Positions 19,586 through 27,510 of a stretch of DNA of 32,000 nt are shown one piece after another. A program made the position numbers and the translations under genes. The notes under the pieces were generated by a model. The model ran no database searches. It saw only the letters and a list, made by a program, of their open reading frames with translations, and had not been told where the DNA came from. Each line of letters opens with the position of its first letter. Within the stretch, counting starts at the first letter, position 1. The stretch comes from Candidatus Borrarchaeum yapensis (GTDB lineage Archaea > Asgardarchaeota > Sifarchaeia > Borrarchaeales > Borrarchaeaceae): positions 33,587 through 65,586 of the forward strand of contig JAEOSF010000013.1 of assembly GCA_016840515.1 (NCBI GenBank). The letters are read 5' to 3'.

Positions 19586-19642
19586 GGTGGAGTAGTTCAC
19601 GGTTTTACGATAATACTGCCTCTCAAATCATCAAAAACTGGA

Positions 19643-19792
19643 ATGCTAATAGAAGAATGGTATCGTATTGAGTTTTTACTAAACTCTGCGATATCTCTCA
19701 TTTGTATAGCAGTTCCTCTGCTTATGAATTATTCTTTAACTTCGAAAAAATCATTAAAAGGACGCGACTTTAATGCACCCTTGGCTTATTAG
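19643..19792 (+). CDS. Small (49 aa) predicted single-TM protein overlapping the downstream NapH-like gene
   Basis: In-frame ATG inside the listed 19553..19792 ORF: MLIEEWYRIEFLLNSAISLICIAVPLLMNYSLTSKKSLKGRDFNAPLAY, with a 20-nt overlap into the 19773 start. Confidence 0.35.
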   Translation: MLIEEWYRIEFLLNSAISLICIAVPLLMNYSLTSKKSLKGRDFNAPLAY

Positions 19793-20702
19793 AAATAAAA
19801 TGAGATTATTTCGATCAATAATTCAACTTTGTATCTTCCTTATAGTCTTTGGAGTTATTTTTGATTTGGCTTTTGCAGCAATAATCGTTCCTTTTGTACA
19901 ACCAACAGGAGCGCCTTATACAACGGTTGCCGGGGCCTATGACATCCTCTTGACTTCACTTGCATTTGGTATTTTTCCTTTACTCGCGCTAGGAATTATT
20001 TTACTTACGGCTGTATTCTTAGGTCGTACACCCTGTGCGTGGGCGTGTCCTTTTGGATTTGTTGAAGACCTTCTTTCATATATTCGACCTAAAAAGCATG
20101 TCAAACTAATAACTCGGCAAAATGATAACTCCTTGAGACAAATAAGGCTTTATATTATAATTGCTACAATTTTGATATCAACTATTGTTGGAATCAGACG
20201 ACTACAAAGAAGTAGCGTAGGGATAGTAGAGGCTTTTGGTCCTTTTGCGAATAATTCTTTTGCGCCAATTGATCCTGCAGCAACGTTATTTAGTTTTTTG
20301 CCTCACTTTTTTGCCAATATCTTAATTTTCCTTCCTCCTTCTTATGAAAAACTTTATCAATTAGGTGGTTGGCCAGTTCTTCTCTGGATTCGTGTCGCAG
20401 TCCTCGCAATCATTGTTTTGGTTTCAATATATGTGCCAAGGGCATGGTGCAGATATTTCTGTCCGCTAGGTGGAATATTAGGATACTGTGGAAAATATGG
20501 TTTCTTAACACTAAAAAGAAATCCAATTCGATGCCCGAAAGGGGCATGTGATGACTGCATGAAGGTATGTCCAATGGGTGTTCGTTTATTGGATACAGGT
20601 ACAGGTGAAGAATTAGAAAAGGTTCGCGATGATAACTGTATTTTGTGTCTTGAGTGTGTCAACGCTTGTAAACATGATGCTCTGTCTTTAGCATTTATCT
20701 AA
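19773..20702 (+). CDS. NapH/NosR-C-like membrane polyferredoxin (4Fe-4S binding)
   Basis: CAWACPFGFVEDLLSY, CRYFCPLGGILG, CPKGACDDCMKVCPMGV, CILCLECVNACKHDAL, plus several TM segments. Confidence 0.85.
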   Translation: MHPWLIRNKMRLFRSIIQLCIFLIVFGVIFDLAFAAIIVPFVQPTGAPYTTVAGAYDILLTSLAFGIFPLLALGIILLTAVFLGRTPCAWACPFGFVEDLLSYIRPKKHVKLITRQNDNSLRQIRLYIIIATILISTIVGIRRLQRSSVGIVEAFGPFANNSFAPIDPAATLFSFLPHFFANILIFLPPSYEKLYQLGGWPVLLWIRVAVLAIIVLVSIYVPRAWCRYFCPLGGILGYCGKYGFLTLKRNPIRCPKGACDDCMKVCPMGVRLLDTGTGEELEKVRDDNCILCLECVNACKHDALSLAFI

Positions 20703-20923
20703 TACCACTGAAGGCGCTATCATCAACCTTCTTTTTGTATTTGAACTAGTCCATCTATCTGAAGGGGGCTTTCCTCCGTATAAGTTAAATTTTTTAAAAG
20801 AACACTGTATTTATTAATGAACAAAGTAGGGTAGATAGTCTATTATTATTCTAAATATGAGCAAGAGAAAAGACTATTTCAAATACTTAATTGATCTGTT
20901 AAACAAAGGGGAGATTAAAGTAT

Positions 20924-21277
20924 ATGTCATCGGTATCTATTAAAATAGATCATCCAAAGGGAAATATTCGATATCCAGATAATTTTCCAAACAAAGAGGA
21001 GGCAGATCAGTATCGCTATGGATTCACTTTATACAAAGACGTTATTGTTCAGTGGAATAGAGACAGAGACGAAAGGTTATTCAAATGGTACGATTCACTT
21101 CCAGAAAAATTACGAGAACACATTATAATCGTTCAGAAGCATGAGGATAAGATATACCTTGTGTTAGATAAAGAAATTAAAATAAAGGATATTGGGACAT
21201 CTTGGGATGTCGAGGGTGAGGTATGGAAACTTGCTGAAGAGGAATTGAGAGTTAAAGGCAGGGGCGCTGCGTATTGA
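20924..21277 (+). CDS. Hypothetical protein (117 aa)
   Basis: Complete ORF with GGGGAG SD-like sequence upstream; no recognised motif. Confidence 0.45.
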   Translation: MSSVSIKIDHPKGNIRYPDNFPNKEEADQYRYGFTLYKDVIVQWNRDRDERLFKWYDSLPEKLREHIIIVQKHEDKIYLVLDKEIKIKDIGTSWDVEGEVWKLAEEELRVKGRGAAY

Positions 21278-21304
21278 ACTTAAATATGGAATCCGGAGGG
21301 TTAG

Positions 21305-22201
21305 ATTGTAGTTATATCTCAAGGCACTGTTGTTCGTCCTCCATGCGAAGCTCATAGTGCATCAATTGAGATTATTGAAGGATGTCCTTGGAATTTTTGT
21401 ACGTTTTGTTGGCTGTATAAAGAGCAAAGAGCACAATTTTTTAGAAAACGCTCTCGAACAGATATTTTTAACGATTTAAAACGAATGAAGTCATCATTAA
21501 GTTTTGCTACTAACTTCTTTTTAGGTGGTAGTAGTGCTATCTGCTCCGAAACAACATTATTGTGTGAAGTGCTTCAATTCATTAATCAAAACTTCCCTCA
21601 TCCTCAATACATAAGTAGTTACGCTAGAGCCTCAGATATATTAGGGAAAAAGAATGATGAACTGAAAAAATTGCATGATAATGGATTAAAAACAATCTAT
21701 ATGGGAATAGAGACAGGTAGCGCTTCACTTCTCAAAAAGTGTAGGAAAGGAATAACTCCCGAGGAAATAATAAGAGCAAGCAAGAAAGTTATGCATGTGG
21801 GATTCACACTCTCTGTTAATGTGATTCTAGGTCTTGGAGGCAAGAAATTCTCTGAAGAGCACGTTATTGAAACCACGCGTATTTTAAACTTGATCAACCC
21901 CCAAATGATCCGCTTCAGGACGTTACATATTTTGCCTAATTCACCACTCTATCTCGATATGCTATCAGGCATCTTTGAAGAGTTAGAACCTCATGAGTTT
22001 CTGAAAGAACAATTTTTGATATTAAAAAACTTGACAGTAACTAGCGAAATATTTAATGATCATATTTCAAATTATAGCCAATTTAGCGGAAATTTACAAG
22101 AAGAAAAGAAGAAGATTCTCTCTTTCTTAGATTTTATCATTAGTAGTCCTGATACAATGTTATCCCGACAAAGCTTAACCCTTGAATTACTTGAAAAATA
22201 G
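21305..22201 (+). CDS. Radical SAM protein (COG1032-like); the listed ORF at 21485 lacks the cluster motif, which lies in the open frame upstream
   Basis: Frame open from 21305: IVVISQGTVVRPPCEAHSASIEIIEGCPWNFCTFCWLYKEQRAQFFRKR, continuing into MKSSLSF... Cluster motif CX4CX2C; downstream MGIETGSASLLKKCRKG and LIFG-like VNVILGLGG segments. Confidence 0.75.
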   Translation: MVVISQGTVVRPPCEAHSASIEIIEGCPWNFCTFCWLYKEQRAQFFRKRSRTDIFNDLKRMKSSLSFATNFFLGGSSAICSETTLLCEVLQFINQNFPHPQYISSYARASDILGKKNDELKKLHDNGLKTIYMGIETGSASLLKKCRKGITPEEIIRASKKVMHVGFTLSVNVILGLGGKKFSEEHVIETTRILNLINPQMIRFRTLHILPNSPLYLDMLSGIFEELEPHEFLKEQFLILKNLTVTSEIFNDHISNYSQFSGNLQEEKKKILSFLDFIISSPDTMLSRQSLTLELLEK

Positions 22202-22383
22202 GCACCAATAACTCCTTGTTTTTGGGAAAGGCAGGTCCTGAGACTGTTATTAGTCTGTCCTTAAGAGAGGAAAGTTCATTCTCTAAAACCAAAATAGACA
22301 TTAATCATTAAAAACAAAGTAGAACACATTTCAATTTTCCAAGTATATAAAATTAGCTATAGCCGATTTATGACCATTTTAGA

Positions 22384-22650
22384 TCACTTAAATACATCGA
22401 CTATTTTTTTAATTCTACCTACCCCATTTTTTAGACCACTTTGCGAAAGTGGAGACATATAGGATTCATAACAATGTTCATGAATCGTTGTAAGAATAAA
22501 CCGTACTTGAGTAGATTCATCACGCTTTACAAGAATTGGGATTCGTTTCACAGCAAGAAGATTGTTTTCACGTTCATTTTCATTTTCAATTAATTTGTGA
22601 TGTCTATCTTCTTCCATCAGACAAATTGGACATATATATCTTGGTGACAT
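22384..22650 (-). CDS. Small Cys/His-containing hypothetical protein
   Basis: MSPRYICPICLMEEDRHH...TTIHEHCYESY suggests a possible metal site; otherwise unsupported. Confidence 0.35.
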   Translation of the reverse strand: MSPRYICPICLMEEDRHHKLIENENERENNLLAVKRIPILVKRDESTQVRFILTTIHEHCYESYMSPLSQSGLKNGVGRIKKIVDVFK

Positions 22651-22852
22651 TTGAGCAAATCCTGTACTGTTCTTTTTTGATTGAAATCTCTCATTATTTT
22701 ATTTATAGAATGTGGAAAATCCTTCCGCTTATGTAGAAAATTCTTCCGCACAATGATTTAGAAAAAAAGGGCTTTAAACGAGTCAAAAAAAGGTTCCCAT
22801 TAAAATAAAAGTTCAAAAAAGAATTTTGAAAGAGCAGCTTTGCTTTGCTTTG

Positions 22853-23116
22853 CTACTCTATTTGACGACCAATAAGATAATGTGCGATTCCGTGGATGAT
22901 AAAGAAAATCCATGGAAGGATCAAAAGTGCTGCTATAGCATAAAAATATTCTGTAGGCACAGTAAAACCAGTAAAGGCCGCTATAACAGGTAAAAGATTC
23001 TGTATTAGCTGGACGAGAATTACGCCTATTACCATTAAGATTATACCCACCAAAATGTAAAGTATGCCTGTAATTTTGTTTAAGGTTCCAACAGCCATAT
23101 TCATCACCCGTTTCAT
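22853..23116 (-). CDS. Small multi-TM hypothetical membrane protein
   Basis: GILYILVGIILMVIGVILVQLI and FYAIAALLILPWIFFIIHGIAHYLIG hydrophobic segments. Confidence 0.5.
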   Translation of the reverse strand: MKRVMNMAVGTLNKITGILYILVGIILMVIGVILVQLIQNLLPVIAAFTGFTVPTEYFYAIAALLILPWIFFIIHGIAHYLIGRQIE

Positions 23117-23277
23117 ATACTAGCTATTACATGTATTAACTGCAAAACAGCTTTTTCTGTGTTTCTATTTTTGTTTTTGTCACATTTTAGAGAAAATTAT
23201 TGCTTCGTATGTGTTATTATTTAGTTCACATCTGCAAAGGGAAAGCACTACTTTATTATTTGGGTTTTTTCATAATG

Positions 23278-25701
23278 CTAAAACTGTTTTTTTGAACGTC
23301 TGTAGAAATAAATGCTTACAAGTATTATTGGGACAACGATAAGAACTATATAAACAATTAATAGCAGAGAGGGAAATGTTAACCATGTAACGGTGTTTTT
23401 CGCTAGTCGAGTATGAGAGAATCCCTCGATATCAATCAGAAGATCCCAGAAATCTAACTTCGATCCAAAAACCAACACTTTGCTAAGTCCACTCTCCCAA
23501 GCTGCAAGAACGTAATATGAACCCGCTGTTCCGATTGATTTGGCTGGACTGTTAACACTTAATGCGCAACCTAAATAATAAACTGATTCAACATTCCTTG
23601 TAACAGTGTGATCTGAAAGTGTTAATTCGTCCGCCTCCACAACTGTTGGCATACAAGTTATTCCATAAACCTCAGTTAGTTCATTTATACTAGAGAAATC
23701 AAGTATTACATCATTTATATCTGTGGAACCCACAACAATACTGCCTGGAGGGTTAGCCAAGACAAGTAAATCTCCTCCTGAAGAAACAAACTTGTGAATT
23801 GAAGAGATTTCACTACTTTGAAGCATTGTTTCCGGGTCAGGAAGTATTAATGCATCATATCCACTTAATAAAGTACCAGTTAGTGATCCAGTCGTTATAT
23901 CCAGATCAATTCCTTGCTTTGTGAGTATTTCATAGTATTTGTAAAACATACTATAAGGACTGTCGCCATAATAGTATCCAAAATATCCATCTGCATCATG
24001 TGATTGATCCCACAGAACTCTAGCAATAGGAGCTCTTACTTCCAAGTCAATTTGACTTGACGCAACTGTCGTTCCTGCCTCTTTAATTACCAAACGTCCT
24101 GAGTAAGTAAATGGAAGTGCTACTGGCGGAATTATGACTGATACTGTCACGATAGCATATCTGTCTAAACTACTAAAGGAAGAAGGCGTTGCCGTGACAA
24201 AAGACCACGCGAGACCTTCAATGCCCACAGTTACATCGGAAAGTGGTTCATTTGATATTATCTCCACATCAAATGCAAATGCATCCCCAGGAAAAACAAT
24301 TCCATCGGGTGCATAAGGTGCACTTGGAAAAACATTGGGCGTAATGGTAACCAAATTTTCATTATTTTGTATTAACTGATAAGCAGCCTCTACATTAACA
24401 AGACCAGCTCCCTGTGCATTAGGATCAGTATCCAAATCCGTTGCAGATTCAAGTAATGCTGCTTTTACACCCTCAGGAGTCAAATTATCCTTAGCATCAA
24501 GAAGTAATGCTGCCGCCCCAGCTATCATAGGTGTAGAAAAACTTGTTCCACTCCAGGTAATATAGTCTGAAGAAGTGATTTTACTAGATGCTGTAGAAGT
24601 AATTTGATACCCTGGTGCAACGATATCTGGATCACTCCTTCCATCAGGTGCAATGCCTTTGCTACTAAAAGATGCTACACCTAAATCCCCAACTGTAGCA
24701 CCAACAGAAATCGCTTTTGAGGCAATTGCAGGAGTCATAGCGGTCATATACCCCAAGTCACCATCATTTCCAACAGCAGCACAAACAATAACTCCGTTTT
24801 CTACAGCTGTATTTACTGCTTGTGCAAGTGGATCGTTTGGAGACCCTGGTGCGCCTAGGCTTAAACAAATTATGTCTGATTTATCTGAAGCCCATTCAAT
24901 CGCTTCAATCACATCAGACACTGTTCCTGCACCCGTTTTATCCAAAGCCTTTGAATTGACCAGTGAAGCTCCGGGAGCAATTCCTTTATAATTTCCAGAA
25001 GATGCTGCACCCGTTCCTGCTACAATTCCTGCTACATGGGTACCATGACCATCATAATCTTGTGTATCTTCTCCTTGAACAAAGGATTTTGCCGCTTTTA
25101 CCTTTCCAGATAAATCTGGGTGTGTAGAATCAATTCCGGTGTCAACTATAGCAATTGTAACACCATTACCATCGAATCCTTGTGCCCAAACTTCATCCGC
25201 ACCTATTAAACCTGTGCTTTCATCAAGATATGAGTCGATTTGAGAATCAAGTATTCTATCAGCACTTTTTAGAGCATTCACTTTCTTATCTTCCCAAATA
25301 CCACTCACAAGATTGTTTTCTGCAAGACGGGGGACAATATTTACTGGAGCGTTGACAAGCACAGCATCAATTATTTCAAAGTCATACTTGACATCTAGTT
25401 TGGCAAAATCATCACCAAGTATCTGTTTCAGAATTTGATTTGGTTTTGTATTAGTAACTTCGCCACCAAAGGTGATGATTAAATCAATCGATTTATCTGC
25501 ATCATTTTCTAGCATTCTTAAGAGAGAGTCATCAATTATTGGCATAGAAGAGTGGTCATATATACTTTGACTATTTTCTATACTTTTAGAAGGAAGTGTT
25601 GAAAATTGATGTTCAGATTGAAAAGGAAATATGATAATAAAGCTTAAAAGAATGAGCATCATAAGAGAAGAACCTAGAAAATCTTTTTTTAAGCACCTCA
25701 T
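23278..25701 (-). CDS. Subtilisin-like serine protease (S8), secreted and C-terminally membrane-anchored
   Basis: Catalytic TIAIVDTGIDSTHPDL, GHGTHVAGIVAG, WSGTSFSTPMIAGAAA; N-terminal signal; C-terminal LLIVYIVLIVVPIILVSIYFYRRSKKQF. Confidence 0.93.
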   Translation of the reverse strand: MRCLKKDFLGSSLMMLILLSFIIIFPFQSEHQFSTLPSKSIENSQSIYDHSSMPIIDDSLLRMLENDADKSIDLIITFGGEVTNTKPNQILKQILGDDFAKLDVKYDFEIIDAVLVNAPVNIVPRLAENNLVSGIWEDKKVNALKSADRILDSQIDSYLDESTGLIGADEVWAQGFDGNGVTIAIVDTGIDSTHPDLSGKVKAAKSFVQGEDTQDYDGHGTHVAGIVAGTGAASSGNYKGIAPGASLVNSKALDKTGAGTVSDVIEAIEWASDKSDIICLSLGAPGSPNDPLAQAVNTAVENGVIVCAAVGNDGDLGYMTAMTPAIASKAISVGATVGDLGVASFSSKGIAPDGRSDPDIVAPGYQITSTASSKITSSDYITWSGTSFSTPMIAGAAALLLDAKDNLTPEGVKAALLESATDLDTDPNAQGAGLVNVEAAYQLIQNNENLVTITPNVFPSAPYAPDGIVFPGDAFAFDVEIISNEPLSDVTVGIEGLAWSFVTATPSSFSSLDRYAIVTVSVIIPPVALPFTYSGRLVIKEAGTTVASSQIDLEVRAPIARVLWDQSHDADGYFGYYYGDSPYSMFYKYYEILTKQGIDLDITTGSLTGTLLSGYDALILPDPETMLQSSEISSIHKFVSSGGDLLVLANPPGSIVVGSTDINDVILDFSSINELTEVYGITCMPTVVEADELTLSDHTVTRNVESVYYLGCALSVNSPAKSIGTAGSYYVLAAWESGLSKVLVFGSKLDFWDLLIDIEGFSHTRLAKNTVTWLTFPSLLLIVYIVLIVVPIILVSIYFYRRSKKQF

Positions 25702-25910
25702 ATGAATACCTCTTTTACCTTCTTTATAGATACTCTAAACACTGAATTATATATTGTATGTTTTTTTCTAACAACACTTAAAAAACAGAAATGACTAAGG
25801 TTTTAGAAGTTTACCTAAGCTTAAATAATGCAATAATGTAAGTTGATGGTATCAAATAATGCGCGATCAGAATACATCTAAATCAACGCAAAACACGGAG
25901 GGATGACCAT

Positions 25911-26192
25911 ATGTCCGGAAGAGACAACAGCATATACATAGGCAGAAAGCCATTAATGAATTATGTCTTGGCAGTCGTAACTCAACTCAATCAAGGCTCT
26001 GACTCATGCATCCTCAAAGCAAGAGGACGAAGCATATCTAAAGTAGTTGATGTCGCTGAGATCGTTCGACAACGCTTTATGAAGGATATTGTCGATGTAG
26101 AAAAAATCGAGATTGATAGTGAGGAGTTAACCGAAGAAGGAGGAAGAACACGCAGCGTAAGTACTATGGAAATTACGTTGAAAAAGAAATAA
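25911..26192 (+). CDS. Alba DNA/RNA-binding chromatin protein, copy 1
   Basis: [48 protein letters not shown], classical Alba. Confidence 0.93.
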   Translation: MSGRDNSIYIGRKPLMNYVLAVVTQLNQGSDSCILKARGRSISKVVDVAEIVRQRFMKDIVDVEKIEIDSEELTEEGGRTRSVSTMEITLKKK

Positions 26193-26279
26193 GAAGACGC
26201 CAATAAGCATGGTCTTCTTAAATACATCAAAAATGCATACTAAAAAAACAAACCTGTTTGAGAACGGAGGAATGTCCAT

Positions 26280-26564
26280 ATGTCCGAAAAAGACAGCAAT
26301 ATATACATAGGCAGGAAGCCAGTAATGAACTACGTCCTTGCGGTCGTCACTCAGCTGAATCAAGGCGGTTTTGAATCTTGCACGCTTAAAGCGAGAGGAA
26401 GGAGTATCTCCACGGCTGTTGATGTCGCTGAGATCGTTCGACAACGCTTTATGAAGGATATTGTCGATGTAGAAAAAATCGAAATAGGTAGTGAGGAGTT
26501 AGCCGAAGAAGGGGGAAGAACACGCAGCGTAAGTACTATAGAAATTACGTTGAAAAAGAAATAA
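26280..26564 (+). CDS. Alba DNA/RNA-binding chromatin protein, copy 2
   Basis: Nearly identical to copies 1 and 3; [45 protein letters not shown]. Confidence 0.93.
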   Translation: MSEKDSNIYIGRKPVMNYVLAVVTQLNQGGFESCTLKARGRSISTAVDVAEIVRQRFMKDIVDVEKIEIGSEELAEEGGRTRSVSTIEITLKKK

Positions 26565-26651
26565 GAAAACGCCAATAAGCATGGCCTTCTTAAATACAGC
26601 AAAAATGCATACTAAAAAAACAAACCTGTTTGAGAACGGAGGAATGTCCAT

Positions 26652-26933
26652 ATGTCCGCAAGAGACAGCAATATATACATAGGCAGGAAGCCAGTAATGA
26701 ACTACGTCCTTGCAGTCGTCACTCAGCTGAATCAAGGCTCTGACTCATGCATCCTCAAAGCGAGAGGAAGGAGTATCTCCACGGCTGTTGATGTCGCTGA
26801 GATCGTTCGACAACGCTTTATGAAGGATATAATCGATGTAGAAAAAATCGAGATTGGATCAGAAGAACTTGATGAAAGTGATGGTAGAACTCGCAGTGTA
26901 AGTACAATCGAGATCACGTTGAAAAAGAAATAA
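26652..26933 (+). CDS. Alba DNA/RNA-binding chromatin protein, copy 3
   Basis: As above; C-terminal variation [23 protein letters not shown]. Confidence 0.93.
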   Translation: MSARDSNIYIGRKPVMNYVLAVVTQLNQGSDSCILKARGRSISTAVDVAEIVRQRFMKDIIDVEKIEIGSEELDESDGRTRSVSTIEITLKKK

Positions 26934-26936
26934 AGA

Positions 26937-26964
26937 CGCCAGTAAGCATGGCGCCCCATTTTTT
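26937..26964 (+). terminator. Hairpin plus T-tract terminator after Alba copy 3
   Basis: CGCCA gtaagca TGGCG cccca TTTTTT. Confidence 0.45.
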
Positions 26965-27059
26965 CCACGTTAAGTGAAGTGCGTCGAACCTATTGGCAGT
27001 AAGTTAACTTAACTATCCATCGTATACAACAAAAGCTAATTCATTTTCTTTTTTCTAAC

Positions 27060-27345
27060 AAAATGAACTACCACCCTACAAGTAGGCTGGCTTATTGAAT
27101 CATCCATTCCCCAGCGGGAATGTCAAACAGGCTCTACGGGCAGTTCCTGCCCTGAAGATGATGTGAATGTGAGAACTGGCGAGTGTTACCTCAGCTCAAT
27201 TCTACGTACAAGCTCTGCGAAACAGTGCTTAAAGATTACGGAGTATCGTGAAACTGAAAAAAGTAAAAGACACATTTTATCCCCCCAACAAGTTGAGTGG
27301 TCTTCTTGCGGAGGAGTGATAAAATGTGTAGAATTTTCTCACAAG
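27060..27345. mobile_element. Degenerate or minimal IS200/IS605-type element end (TnpB omegaRNA-like), no ORF
   Basis: aatgaactaccaccct...gtaggctggctt, ccattccccagcgggaatg, gttacctcagctcaattctacgtac..agtgcttaaagattacgg resemble, from memory, the non-coding segment downstream of archaeal/bacterial tnpB genes. Not verified by search. Confidence 0.4.
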
Positions 27346-27510
27346 ATTTAAAAATAACTTTTTGACTCCATGGATATTGTAAAGCGCATATTAAATGCTT
27401 TAGTTCTTATGTCGCTATTTTCTAGAGACAAAAATCTAAATTCTCATTTCTTAGCAGAGTTATATGTGTAATTAAAGAAAAAATGATAAGACTGCTTGGA
27501 TGGAGAGTAA

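Noticed and set aside
19198-19600. ORFs 19198..19434, 19379..19600 (minus) and the N-terminal part of 19553..19792
   Set aside because: They cover the candidate structured RNA; translations are not protein-like and start positions are arbitrary.
19200-19620. RNase P RNA, SRP RNA or group II intron identity for the structured region
   Set aside because: GGCGGAAAGTTCCC looks superficially like RNase P CR-I, but no CR-V ACAGAAxxGGCTTA partner or CR-II/III is present. No SRP helix 8 GGAAACGGAGCAG and no group II domain V were seen. Kept as unknown pending Infernal.
25991-26968. Four overlapping antisense ORFs in the Alba array
   Set aside because: They recur only because the Alba genes are repeated; no independent support.
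27163-27351. 62-aa + ORF MNVRTGECYLSSILRTSS...
   Set aside because: Lies inside the omegaRNA/IS-like non-coding segment and does not resemble a protein.
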